Shown: positions 20,293-29,959, counted from the stretch's first letter. The stretch: 64,000 nucleotides of DNA from an uncultured Gammaproteobacteria bacterium (GCA_965230895.1 OZ246394.1:1505887-1569886), one strand, 5' to 3'. Numbers and translations are program-made. Notes: generated by a model not told the origin, from the letters alone.

Positions 20293-21456
20293 ATGCAGTC
20301 TGTCCAAGAAGCTGATTCCGACGAGGAGTCCGCTATACTCACAAGTGAACAAGCATTTTCTTTCGATACAGTAATCGTATTCGGTCAAGGACCAGTAAAG
20401 CCGGTCTTGCTTGAAAATGAACTAACCCCAAAGCAACTACAAAAGTGGAAAAATTACAAAGATAATCCAACCCATGCTCCTGAACCAGATTTCTGGCTTA
20501 TGCAGCAGCCTCGAAGTTTAGCTGAAATTGAGAAAATCTCTTCAGATAAAGCATTATCCTCTCAAGAGAAATATGAGCAAATTGAACTTATTCGTCAGCG
20601 ATGGCAGCGTACAGGTTGGTTTGCAATGAAACATTGGTGTAGACAAAATGCGCTAGCTGCAGGATTGGCACTTTATAAAGGTTTAGCAAAAAGAATTATT
20701 CTCTCTGGTGGAAAGACAATAAAAAGGGACTATAAATCAAAGCTGCCTGAGTCACGAATTAATAATTGGCCTTCAGAAGCGCAACTTATGGCAGAAGTTA
20801 TTCGCACGACATATGGGGATCTTTTCTTAAAAAAATATGGATACAGCATCGATGAAAGGATTTTGTTTGAAGATGCATCTACAAATACACTCGAGAACTT
20901 CGCTTGTACAGTCAACAAGTATCCAGAATTATTAAATGAAGAAGTTAAAGTAGGCTTTCTAGCTGTTGAACATCATTTAGATCGTGTTGCTATGTTCGGT
21001 AAACTATTTTCCATTCAAGGAGATAAATTGTGTGCCCAAAAGATGTTAAGGACAATGTCATTGGAGGAAGAAATTAGTGTTCAGGAAACAAAGACATACA
21101 TCCAAGAAACAGGAAAATTTGTCGAAGATTTTGATATTGTTAGCCAGGAAAAACGCTGGAGAAAAGGGATACAAGATCCTGAATATGTAAAATACTGGCT
21201 TGGATATGTAGCTTTAGTAAAGCACCCAAAGATTATGCATAATATTATGAAACAATTGCAAACGCCTGATTGGATGAGCTATGCAGACAAAGCTTTTACT
21301 GAGGTTGGATTAAAGCTTGAGGATTACAAAGAAAAAAATCTTGTTGAGCTTGCAAAGACAGACGAAGTGAAATTTAATTATCTTATGCAAAAGCTTCAAG
21401 AACTGAGGAAGCCTGAGTACAGAGTTCTTCCTCCGCAACTAAATCCAGAGCAATAA
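20293..21456 (+). CDS. YdcF/DUF218-like protein (paralog of 17178..18191)
   Basis: 'FGQGPV', 'LSGGKT', 'SEAQLM', 'EDASTNTLEN', 'HHLDR'; SD-like AAGGAGGT upstream. Confidence 0.75.
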   Translation: MQSVQEADSDEESAILTSEQAFSFDTVIVFGQGPVKPVLLENELTPKQLQKWKNYKDNPTHAPEPDFWLMQQPRSLAEIEKISSDKALSSQEKYEQIELIRQRWQRTGWFAMKHWCRQNALAAGLALYKGLAKRIILSGGKTIKRDYKSKLPESRINNWPSEAQLMAEVIRTTYGDLFLKKYGYSIDERILFEDASTNTLENFACTVNKYPELLNEEVKVGFLAVEHHLDRVAMFGKLFSIQGDKLCAQKMLRTMSLEEEISVQETKTYIQETGKFVEDFDIVSQEKRWRKGIQDPEYVKYWLGYVALVKHPKIMHNIMKQLQTPDWMSYADKAFTEVGLKLEDYKEKNLVELAKTDEVKFNYLMQKLQELRKPEYRVLPPQLNPEQ

Positions 21457-21468
21457 AAAATTTCTCTG

Positions 21469-21497
21469 TTGACTGCATCGTTACGCTTATCTACACT
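21469..21497 (+). promoter_or_regulatory. Sigma70-type promoter, leaderless configuration
   Basis: TTGACT-N17-TACACT-N6-ATG(21504). Confidence 0.7.
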
Positions 21498-21503
21498 TGA
21501 GGT

Positions 21504-22415
21504 ATGGAAGAAAAAACTACAGTTTCTGCTTCAGCTACTGATTCAATAGGTAAGTTACCTTCATTTGGACAACTTTATAAAGAATCATGGCAGCTTATGT
21601 TCAGCAAATTGGGCTCACTACTCAAGCTATTTTTGCTTTCTTTATTAGGGATATTCTTGGTACTAGTGGCATTGGGAGTAGTTTATTTTGTGGGAGGTTT
21701 GAACGGTTTTCTCCAAGGACAATTTACAGCAGTTTCAGTCATAGCTGCTGTTCTTTTTTTATGTATCTATTTAGTAGGGTTTATTTTAGTTACTTCTCTT
21801 GTACAGATCTCATATGTAAAAATTCTCACAAGCGATAGCAAATTGCCCATTTGGCAAACAGTAAAAGAGAGTATGCCTCTTTTTCAACCGTATTTTACAA
21901 CGCAACTTATAGCTGGATTAGTAATACTTGGAGCGTTTTTCTTGTTCGTTATACCTGGAATAATTGTTTCCATTTATTATTTCTTTACGCAATATATCGT
22001 AGTCAATGAAAATCTTCGAGGGAGAGCAGCTCTTCGTAGAAGTTATCAATTGGTAAAGCCGCATTTCTGGAAAATTTTATGTGCAATCATGCTAATAGCC
22101 ATTCCAAGTCAAGTCATTATTGAGATTCTTTCACGCTATACAAAAGACTATCCGCAGCTTTTTCTTTTATTTATACCATTTTCTCTTCTCCAAAGTCTTT
22201 TTATGCAATCACTTATGGTTATTCTTTACAAGAAAGCGAAATCCCTTGCACCTGCTGCTAAGCAAGTTAGTATGAGGTGGATCAAGATAATTTCGATTGT
22301 TGGATATATTTTGATGTTAGGAATATTTATTCTTGTGTTTCTTAATGGCTTTTATCAAGGATTTACGGGAACAGATACTGGTTCATTGACGTTACCAGAT
22401 ATTCAAGATAAGTAA
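21504..22415 (+). CDS. Multi-pass membrane protein (GPDPase membrane-domain-like)
   Basis: Several hydrophobic segments; 'IPGII...AALRRSYQLVK.HFW' motif. Confidence 0.75.
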   Translation: MEEKTTVSASATDSIGKLPSFGQLYKESWQLMFSKLGSLLKLFLLSLLGIFLVLVALGVVYFVGGLNGFLQGQFTAVSVIAAVLFLCIYLVGFILVTSLVQISYVKILTSDSKLPIWQTVKESMPLFQPYFTTQLIAGLVILGAFFLFVIPGIIVSIYYFFTQYIVVNENLRGRAALRRSYQLVKPHFWKILCAIMLIAIPSQVIIEILSRYTKDYPQLFLLFIPFSLLQSLFMQSLMVILYKKAKSLAPAAKQVSMRWIKIISIVGYILMLGIFILVFLNGFYQGFTGTDTGSLTLPDIQDK

Positions 22416-22428
22416 TTTATTTTCATCA

Positions 22429-22457
22429 TTGACACAGGCACGGATCTCGATTAAACT
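22429..22457 (+). promoter_or_regulatory. Sigma70-type promoter, leaderless configuration
   Basis: TTGACA-N17-TAAACT-N6-ATG(22464). Confidence 0.72.
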
Positions 22458-22463
22458 CTTCGT

Positions 22464-23519
22464 ATGACTGAGACGAAAAAGGCCTCCAAAACAACCAAAA
22501 GAAAAACTTCTGTCTCTGCCTCCAAAACAACTCCGAAAAAAACAGTAAATAAATCTGTAAAACAAAGTACAAAAAGCTCTTCAAGAAAGACATCGAAAGT
22601 TGTTTCAAAAGATACGTTAACCGTTGTCTCATCTGATACAAAAATATTAACTCCCTTTAAAGATCATTTGCAAAATTCATGGACGCTTTTTAAAGCAACA
22701 TTTACATCGTATTTGAAACTAATTGGTGTTGGAATTCTCTTCCTTATTGTTCTTGCAATTGCGGGAGTTCTATTAGGCCTACCATTAATCTTTACTGGAT
22801 CGACTGATATTTTCCGATCTCCAACACCCGTTCAAATTATTTCAGGAGGAGTTTTTGCATTGTATGGATTAGCTGCTATTGTTGCTTCGTATATCTTCTT
22901 TTTATTAATGCCGATTGCCAGCATATATATTCTTGATAGCGAAAAAAAGCTTGATTTAAAAACGTTATTTGATAGAAGCGTTCCTTTACTCCTTCCTTAT
23001 TTTGTAGCAAGTTTGCTTGTTGGTATCATTGTCACTGGAGGTTGGGTGGCACTTGTTTTACCTGGAATTCTTTTTGGATTGCTTTTTAGCTTTGTTTCTT
23101 ATGTAATTGTCCTTGAAGGGAAAAAGGGAAGAAGCGCTTTAAAAAGAAGTTATGCTCTTGTTAAAGGTCATTTCTGGGAAGTAATCCTCCGCTTGCTTGC
23201 ATTGCAAATAACTATCTTCTTTGTGTCCTACATCTTTGATGATCTTTCAGAAGAATCTGATATTTTCTCATTATTGTCATTCATTTTTTCAATAATAGCT
23301 GGTTGGTTCTCTCAGGCGTACGTATATCTTCTTTATAGAGATTTGAAGGCGACAACTGCATCAAGTTCAGAGGTCTCTTTAAAATGGATATGGATAGTCT
23401 CTATTGTTGGATGGGTGATACTTCTTCTCGTAGCGATTGCTGCTATCGCTGGAGTTATGCATCTTCCTTCGTGGCAGGATAGTCTCGAAATGATGGTTCC
23501 TCCGCCAGACAGTGCTTAA
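22464..23519 (+). CDS. Multi-pass membrane protein, paralog of the upstream gene, with Lys/Ser/Thr-rich N-terminal tail
   Basis: 'LPGIL...SALKRSYALVKGHFW' motif shared with 21504..22415. Confidence 0.75.
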   Translation: MTETKKASKTTKRKTSVSASKTTPKKTVNKSVKQSTKSSSRKTSKVVSKDTLTVVSSDTKILTPFKDHLQNSWTLFKATFTSYLKLIGVGILFLIVLAIAGVLLGLPLIFTGSTDIFRSPTPVQIISGGVFALYGLAAIVASYIFFLLMPIASIYILDSEKKLDLKTLFDRSVPLLLPYFVASLLVGIIVTGGWVALVLPGILFGLLFSFVSYVIVLEGKKGRSALKRSYALVKGHFWEVILRLLALQITIFFVSYIFDDLSEESDIFSLLSFIFSIIAGWFSQAYVYLLYRDLKATTASSSEVSLKWIWIVSIVGWVILLLVAIAAIAGVMHLPSWQDSLEMMVPPPDSA

Positions 23520-23522
23520 ACA

Positions 23523-23551
23523 TTGACTCCTCAGCTTTGCTTCATTACGAT
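23523..23551 (+). promoter_or_regulatory. Sigma70-type promoter, leaderless configuration
   Basis: TTGACT-N17-TACGAT-N6-ATG(23558). Confidence 0.7.
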
Positions 23552-23557
23552 TAAATC

Positions 23558-25465
23558 ATGGTAAAGAAAAATCATCTGATATTTTTCATTCCAATAGTTT
23601 TAGTTTTATTATTGCTTACTATGGTGGTTACCAAAGTCTATGCAGCGAATACACAACTTTCAATTACAGTGCTTCTTCATGGAATAGGCAAAGGAGGGGA
23701 TAGTTCAAATCCAAATAGTGGAGGGAATACCACACCGAAGAATGCCACCAGAAATATCTCTGTTGGTGTATTTAACGCACAGAATGTTTTAGTATCAAGT
23801 CGGCTTGTCGTAGCAAATTATGATGCAGCAAGCGGAAGTTACAAAGCAACTGTTGATTTTGGGAATCTTTCGACGGGGCCATACAATGTTGCTATCCGTG
23901 CTGATAAATATCTTCAGAAAAATGCAACAGGCATTCAAAATATTACTGCGGGCCAAATAAATACAATTCCTCCCGTAAACCTCATTGCAGGAGATATTAT
24001 TATTGATAATGCTATCAATATCCAGGATTTCAACATGCTGATGAACTGCTACTCGGATTTGCGTCCAGCAAAGGCTTGTACGGCCGCTCAAAGCGCTCTA
24101 GCCGATCTTACAGATGATGGGAAGGTCAATCAACTTGATTACAATTTATTCATTCGTGAGATAGGGAATAGGAGCGGCGAATCGAATCCTACTACAAACC
24201 CTTCTCCTTCTGCTCCTCCGACTGCTTCAAGTGGAGATTTTCCACGGCTCGGAGGCATGCTTATTGGTTCACCACAAAATTATGATGAAGCAGCGTATCA
24301 GCAACAAATAGCAAAGCTTGATATGGCTGTTCTTGGCATGTATCCTGGATGGAATCGTGGAGGTAAAACAATGGCGAAAGCTGTTTCTGAAATTAAAGCA
24401 AAGAACGCCAGTATAAAACTTGCCAATTATACAATCATGACTGAAGTAAATAATACTTCTGATCCGGCAACAGCTGCTTGGCGTACTAAACTTTCTGCGG
24501 AGAAAGGGCCAAATGGGAAAGGGGATTGGTGGGCATACAATAGCTCAGGACAGCATACGGATTGGTCGGGAGGGAGTTACAGTGCATGGGATACAAATGT
24601 CACACTCCAGACAACGGTCGATACTAATGGAGACAAATGGCCGCAATGGAAAGCAAAACATGATTATCAAACGTTATATCAAGGCAATGGGTTTGATTTC
24701 TGGTACAGTGATAATAATTTCTGGAAGCCCCGAACAAATGCAGATTGGAATCGTGATGGCACAAATGACTCTGCAGACTCTGTGGCTGTTCGTAATTGGT
24801 GGAGGGACGGGCAAAAGGCCTATTATACTACTGCAAAATCGATTGCACCAAATACACCAGTGATGGTAAATACAGACAATGATCTTGATGGGACAGTTTT
24901 CCCATCAGATGCTGATGATTTTACGCAATACAAAAATCTTGTCGGTGCAGCTTTCATGGAGCATGCTATGGGTGTGGACTGGTCAACCGAAACATGGGGC
25001 GGTTGGGCAACGACCATGAATTGGTATAGAAAACTCAAATCAAATCTTACCGCACCACAATATGTGATGTTTGATGTATATGTGCCAAATACTTCTGATT
25101 ACCAATATTTGCGTTATGCTTTTGCAACATGTCTTATGGATGACGGCTATTTCTCCGCTTCAACAGATTACAATAAAATTGTCTGGTTTGATGAATTTGA
25201 CTTGGCAGGGACAAAGTCTACAAAATGGCTTGGAAAGGCTGTAGATGGTCCAAGAACCTCAGCATGGCAAAATGGTGTATACCGACGTAATTTCCAAAAT
25301 GGAATTGTTCTGGTAAATCCAAAAGGCAATGGAACCAAGACAGTAACTATTGAATCAGGTTATCGACGATTTCAGGGAAAACAAGCTCCAAGTGTCAACA
25401 ATGGGCAACCTGTAACAACAGTAACATTAAACGATAGGGACGGACTATTCTTAGTTAAGAATTAG
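23558..25465 (+). CDS. Secreted protein: dockerin-like domain plus putative glycoside hydrolase (GHL15-like)
   Basis: Signal peptide; paired EF-hand-like 'GDIIIDNAINIQDF' and 'ADLTDDGKVNQLDY'; Pro/Ser/Thr linker; C-terminal 'WFDEFD...LG......GVYRRNFQNGIVLVNP' typical of GHL15-like proteins. Confidence 0.7.
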   Translation: MVKKNHLIFFIPIVLVLLLLTMVVTKVYAANTQLSITVLLHGIGKGGDSSNPNSGGNTTPKNATRNISVGVFNAQNVLVSSRLVVANYDAASGSYKATVDFGNLSTGPYNVAIRADKYLQKNATGIQNITAGQINTIPPVNLIAGDIIIDNAINIQDFNMLMNCYSDLRPAKACTAAQSALADLTDDGKVNQLDYNLFIREIGNRSGESNPTTNPSPSAPPTASSGDFPRLGGMLIGSPQNYDEAAYQQQIAKLDMAVLGMYPGWNRGGKTMAKAVSEIKAKNASIKLANYTIMTEVNNTSDPATAAWRTKLSAEKGPNGKGDWWAYNSSGQHTDWSGGSYSAWDTNVTLQTTVDTNGDKWPQWKAKHDYQTLYQGNGFDFWYSDNNFWKPRTNADWNRDGTNDSADSVAVRNWWRDGQKAYYTTAKSIAPNTPVMVNTDNDLDGTVFPSDADDFTQYKNLVGAAFMEHAMGVDWSTETWGGWATTMNWYRKLKSNLTAPQYVMFDVYVPNTSDYQYLRYAFATCLMDDGYFSASTDYNKIVWFDEFDLAGTKSTKWLGKAVDGPRTSAWQNGVYRRNFQNGIVLVNPKGNGTKTVTIESGYRRFQGKQAPSVNNGQPVTTVTLNDRDGLFLVKN

Positions 25466-25473
25466 GAGATTTA

Positions 25474-25683
25474 TTATTCGCCTTTTTGCTGAATTCCGAG
25501 GAGCCACAATACAGCTTCTTTCTTATATCGACGATCACCACGTGAGTTGATTCTGATTGCAGGTAATTTACCTCGCTTGCCCCAACGCTTAATTGTCAAT
25601 GGAGATACTCGTAGAACTTCAGCAACTTCACGGACAGTGAGTAAATCTGGTAGTGATTCAATAGTGAGTTTCTGATTGGTCAT
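25474..25683 (-). CDS. Small MerR/excisionase-type HTH (HTH_17, BldC-like) DNA-binding protein
   Basis: 'LLTVREVAEVLRVSPLTIKRWGKRGKLPAIRINSRGDRRY'. Confidence 0.88.
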   Translation of the reverse strand: MTNQKLTIESLPDLLTVREVAEVLRVSPLTIKRWGKRGKLPAIRINSRGDRRYKKEAVLWLLGIQQKGE

Positions 25684-25735
25684 GGATACAGTATGACTAT
25701 ATTGATTAGGATCAATTTAGTCGCTATCTATATAT

Positions 25736-25764
25736 ACTGTAACAATCTGTAACATGGTTGTCAA
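25736..25764 (-). promoter_or_regulatory. Promoter of the HTH gene overlapped by direct repeats (candidate autoregulatory operator)
   Basis: Minus strand reads TTGACA-N17-TACAGT; CTGTAACA occurs at 25737-25744 and 25747-25754. Confidence 0.65.
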
Positions 25765-25803
25765 TGGGGGAAAAACTGAACTAATTGGATGTATCTACAT
25801 AAT

Positions 25804-27537
25804 TTAATTCGGCTTAATTTTGTATTCCACTACTGGTACCGCAGTACATTGTCCGCCCATGTCATTAATTGCTGGTATACATTTGCCTGATTTACATGTC
25901 TGTGGACGTGTTGTCTCGCATGGAGCCCCTTCCTCACCAGAAATTGGTGCTGGGTTATTTCCGCATACGCCTGATGATCTCTCCGCTGGTGAGCAATCAT
26001 TTGGATTTATTGGATTTGCCGGAGGTGCTTGGTAACGTGGTGGAACGATAACTGGGTTTGTCGGATTTGTTGGACGAAGACTACCAGGTGCACCTTTTTT
26101 GACACATTTACCATTTACTAAATCGCTATCTTGGGCGCAGCAAACTTTCGCTGTACTTTTAACCGGACAATTAGCTCTTGTAACTGGAACCTGGGTATAG
26201 TTATATCCACATGCAGGGGTGGTTGTGCAGCAGCCGTTTATGACCGGTTTGCCCACATCGCAGCAGACAGTTGGCGTGTTAACAGCTGCGCGCTTTGATG
26301 CGCAAGCAGGTTTGAGCACTGTTACAGGTTTTTGTGGACCTGGTTTCAATGTTGTTCCAGGTTTTACTATTGTTTTAGGTTTGATTGCTCCCGGCTTAAT
26401 GACCGATGGAACCTGGATTCTCGGCAAGACAGGAGCGGGTGGCGGAGGTGCTGGACTGCATGTTTCTCCTGTAATCCCGCCACCGCTTGAAATTGTTCCA
26501 GGTGGGCAAATGCTCGTAACTGTAGTATCATTTGTCTCTTGAGTTATGGCTATACCTGCAACGGCTTGGGGACTATTATCTATCTTTGTCCCTGCGTCCG
26601 CCAGATATACTGATTTTTCTGGGAATACTTGTTTGCCACTTGAATCAACCCATATCTTTATGACAGGGCAGATTTTTGATCCGATGGATCGCTTACAAAA
26701 GTCTTTGCAGGCATCACTATCAGGGTGGACTTTGCAAAGCTCTTCAAGGACATCTTGCTCTTTTTGATCAAGGACTATATTTTCATCGCACTGCTGATTT
26801 TCTCGCGGTTCTCCAAGTACCGGCCCAGAACATAGTCCGCCTTTGAAAAGCTCGCAATACTGACGACTGGTGCAGAGCGGATTCTTCGAGTCTTTACTAC
26901 AGATTGATTGGATATTACTTTTGTCTTTAGCGGTCAGTGGTTTCACCCGAAGTGCTGTGCAAGTAGAATTTATTCGGACATTTGTTGCTTCAGTAATCGG
27001 GAGGTGTTGACCATCAGTATCTGTGATACCTGCCCCCACCACCCATCCTTCGCTGGGGCTATCAGAAGTAAAGAGATATCTTGACTCTTTACTCGTCAGT
27101 GTTTCTCCGGGAGCAAGCATCTTCGTACCTTCTAAAGGCTCAAATTCTGCGATATAGAATTGCTTCAGTGATCCTGCAGCGATACCATAATTTGCTATGG
27201 TAATTGGTTGATCTCCAACATTTTTATAAGTAAATGAGCCTGAAAGCGTATCATTGTAGTACACATTTTGGCCGACAAACTTTTGTCCATTTACTTTTAA
27301 GAGGGTTCCGCCTTCTTGTCCCATACGAGTGCCACAAAGCGTAGGGTCTGCTTCTCCAGTATGAAGACAACCAAAGAGTGGAGGAGCATTAAAACCCTCG
27401 GCAAATTGCATGATGCGTTGTGGCTGAAGAAGTGCAAAGACAGTCAATGCTAGAATTGGCAGCATAATAAACATGAAGAATAGATTCTTTTTGTTATTTT
27501 GCTTTGTTTGAAGTCGTCTTTTTCTTAGTTTTGGCAT
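25804..27537 (-). CDS. Cys-rich membrane-anchored/secreted protein A
   Basis: Basic N-terminus, TM and 'QPQRIMQFAE'; many Cys; N-terminal ~300 aa closely paralogous to 28113..29957. Confidence 0.8.
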   Translation of the reverse strand: MPKLRKRRLQTKQNNKKNLFFMFIMLPILALTVFALLQPQRIMQFAEGFNAPPLFGCLHTGEADPTLCGTRMGQEGGTLLKVNGQKFVGQNVYYNDTLSGSFTYKNVGDQPITIANYGIAAGSLKQFYIAEFEPLEGTKMLAPGETLTSKESRYLFTSDSPSEGWVVGAGITDTDGQHLPITEATNVRINSTCTALRVKPLTAKDKSNIQSICSKDSKNPLCTSRQYCELFKGGLCSGPVLGEPRENQQCDENIVLDQKEQDVLEELCKVHPDSDACKDFCKRSIGSKICPVIKIWVDSSGKQVFPEKSVYLADAGTKIDNSPQAVAGIAITQETNDTTVTSICPPGTISSGGGITGETCSPAPPPPAPVLPRIQVPSVIKPGAIKPKTIVKPGTTLKPGPQKPVTVLKPACASKRAAVNTPTVCCDVGKPVINGCCTTTPACGYNYTQVPVTRANCPVKSTAKVCCAQDSDLVNGKCVKKGAPGSLRPTNPTNPVIVPPRYQAPPANPINPNDCSPAERSSGVCGNNPAPISGEEGAPCETTRPQTCKSGKCIPAINDMGGQCTAVPVVEYKIKPN

Positions 27538-27540
27538 ATA

Positions 27541-28092
27541 TTAATACGTTCTTGGTGTCAAAAAATTGTTTATGGTGTGAATAACACCATTCTTGCTTTT
27601 AATATCATAATTCTCAAGGTACGAGTAATCATTAAGTATCCAATATTCTCCTTTTTTTGTAAATTTTATTTTTTCTCCTTGGACAGTTGTCAGTTCCATC
27701 CCATCTTTTAGATCTGCAAATAGATATTGTCCTTTGACGACATGATATAGCAATGTTTGCCTGAGATCGCCTTCTTGTTCTGGTAATTGTATTGATGCTA
27801 AAAATCCAGGAGAAAGTTTTGCATATGCTTCATCGGTTGGGACAAATACTGTATACGGTCCTTTATCATGGAGAAAAGTGTCATAGCCGACTGATGTTAT
27901 GAGCATTCCAAATTTGCTGGTTGTAGATGAATACTGGATATTGTCTGCTATATCCATTGAAGGTTTCATCTGGATCTCCTCATACTCAATAAAGTTTGGA
28001 TCGGAGGATATCCAGATAAACAGGCTTGGAATAAGTATCAACAAAATGATACCGAGAATATAGAGATATTTTTTACGCAGTTTGAGTGTCAT
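27541..28092 (-). CDS. Fasciclin (FAS1) domain protein
   Basis: 'GPYTVFVPTDEAY', 'LLYHVV', 'NGVIHTIN'; N-terminal TM. Confidence 0.92.
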   Translation of the reverse strand: MTLKLRKKYLYILGIILLILIPSLFIWISSDPNFIEYEEIQMKPSMDIADNIQYSSTTSKFGMLITSVGYDTFLHDKGPYTVFVPTDEAYAKLSPGFLASIQLPEQEGDLRQTLLYHVVKGQYLFADLKDGMELTTVQGEKIKFTKKGEYWILNDYSYLENYDIKSKNGVIHTINNFLTPRTY

Positions 28093-28112
28093 AGCTTAAT
28101 ACATAAAACATA

Positions 28113-29957
28113 CTATCTACAAGCCATCTCTTTCTCGTCATATGTCGTCTGACAGCCTTTATCACGAATACATTGTTGGAATAAGTCTCCGCTTCTGCCA
28201 ACTCGACAGAAGTTATAGCAAGCTTGACTCTCTATAACGACAGGCTCCATACATGCGCCATAAGTTGCCTTATAACCCTTTTGCTTCGCTAAGCAATCAA
28301 AATCACTCTTCTTGGTTAAATCCCCAATGCTACATGTTGGATCTGCTGGAGCAGGGTTTGCCGGTGCTGGGTTTGCCGGAGCAGGATTATTGCCACATAC
28401 ACCTGCTGATCTTTCTGCTGGCGTACAGTCATTTGGATTTGGTGGTGTATCAGCTGGCGCTTTATAGTTTGGCGGATAAATCTTATTTGTGTCTCGAGGA
28501 ATCTGAGATTCTCCAGGCAATGGTTGTTTGCCTGCTGGAACCTGACTCGGTTGGCAATAACCGAACTTCTCTACAGTATCTTTTGCACAACAAACACCTG
28601 ATTTACTCTTGTATTGGCAGTTTGCTCTTGTTGCAGGCGCTGATTTATAGACAAAGCATCCTGGTTGGCAGCAACCATTAATAAGAGGGAAGTCACTTGC
28701 ACAGCATTGGCCACTTTCATTTGCTCTGTGAGATGGGCATGATGGCTTGTAACCGATTGAGCTTCTCGGATCAACTCCTGGCGCTGCTGGCTTTGGTGGG
28801 AATGGGTTTGTCTTTGGTTTTGCAGGTGATGGTGCTTTGCATAATCCACTCGGAGGATTGACGGAAAGATCGACATATCCACTACAACATCCCGCAGTAT
28901 TATCTCCACTTTGCCCATTTGGAATACATGCTTCGGCCTTCACGCCGGCATCGTTATCTGGTGCTCCGTTGGCGGCGGCAATAACCTTTGCGCCAGCAAC
29001 TGCGGGTTCATTGGTACTTGCCATATACTTTGCAGGCTGTGGGAAGACTTGTTTGCCATTTGGATCAAACCACAACATCTCAGCTGGACAGATTTTAGAA
29101 CCAATGGCACGTTTACAGAAATCTTTGCATGCATCACTGTCTGGGTATGGTTTACAAAGTTGCTCTAAAATATCCTGTTCTTTCTGATCCAAAACTATAT
29201 ATTCATCACATTGTTGATTTTCTCGTGCCTCACCAAGAACTGGACCTGAACATTGTCCGCCTTTAAATATTTCGCAGTACTGACGACTTGTACAAAGAAT
29301 GTTTTTCGGATCCTTACTGCAAAGTGCTTGGATGTTGCTCTTGTCTTTTACAGTAAGTGTCTTTACGCGAAGCGCTGTACAAGCAGAACTAACACGGACG
29401 TTTGTAGATTGCGTGATTGGAAGTGGTTGGCCATCAGTATTTGTAATGCCCGGACCGACAACCCATCCATCACTTGGATCACCAGATTTAAATGTATATG
29501 ATGATTCTTTACTTGTAAGTATCTCTCCAGGAGCGAGTGTCTTAGCTCCTTCTAAAGGCTGAAACTCTGCAATATAAAATTGCTTCAGCGATCCTGCGGC
29601 TATGCCATAATTTGCGATATTGATCGGTAGGTCACCAACGTTTTTATAGGTAAATGATCCGGAGAGCGTATCATTATAATAAATATTTTGTCCGACAAAT
29701 TTTTGTCCATTCACTTTTAATAAGCTTGCGCCTTCTTGTCCTAATCGTGTACCACACAGTGATGGGTCAGCTTCTCCTGTATGGAGACATCCAAAGAGTG
29801 GGGGAGCATTAAATCCTTCTGCAAATTGCATAACGCGCTGTGGTTGGAGTAGCGTAAAGATTGTTAGTGCCAAGATTGGTAACATAACAAAAAAGAAAAG
29901 CAAATTTCTTTTTTTATTCTTTGTTTGTCTTATGCTTCTTTTTCTTGTTTTTGCCAT
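28113..29957 (-). CDS. Cys-rich membrane-anchored/secreted protein B (paralog of A)
   Basis: Same leader and 'GFNAPPLFGCLHTGEADP' N-domain as A; divergent Cys-rich C-terminus. Confidence 0.8.
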   Translation of the reverse strand: MAKTRKRSIRQTKNKKRNLLFFFVMLPILALTIFTLLQPQRVMQFAEGFNAPPLFGCLHTGEADPSLCGTRLGQEGASLLKVNGQKFVGQNIYYNDTLSGSFTYKNVGDLPINIANYGIAAGSLKQFYIAEFQPLEGAKTLAPGEILTSKESSYTFKSGDPSDGWVVGPGITNTDGQPLPITQSTNVRVSSACTALRVKTLTVKDKSNIQALCSKDPKNILCTSRQYCEIFKGGQCSGPVLGEARENQQCDEYIVLDQKEQDILEQLCKPYPDSDACKDFCKRAIGSKICPAEMLWFDPNGKQVFPQPAKYMASTNEPAVAGAKVIAAANGAPDNDAGVKAEACIPNGQSGDNTAGCCSGYVDLSVNPPSGLCKAPSPAKPKTNPFPPKPAAPGVDPRSSIGYKPSCPSHRANESGQCCASDFPLINGCCQPGCFVYKSAPATRANCQYKSKSGVCCAKDTVEKFGYCQPSQVPAGKQPLPGESQIPRDTNKIYPPNYKAPADTPPNPNDCTPAERSAGVCGNNPAPANPAPANPAPADPTCSIGDLTKKSDFDCLAKQKGYKATYGACMEPVVIESQACYNFCRVGRSGDLFQQCIRDKGCQTTYDEKEMACR

Positions 29958-29959
29958 AG

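Noticed and set aside
10997-25683. Integrated element bounded by tRNA-Arg and an excisionase-like HTH
   Set aside because: No integrase, no duplicated tRNA 3' end seen, and the interval contains core genes such as mreB.
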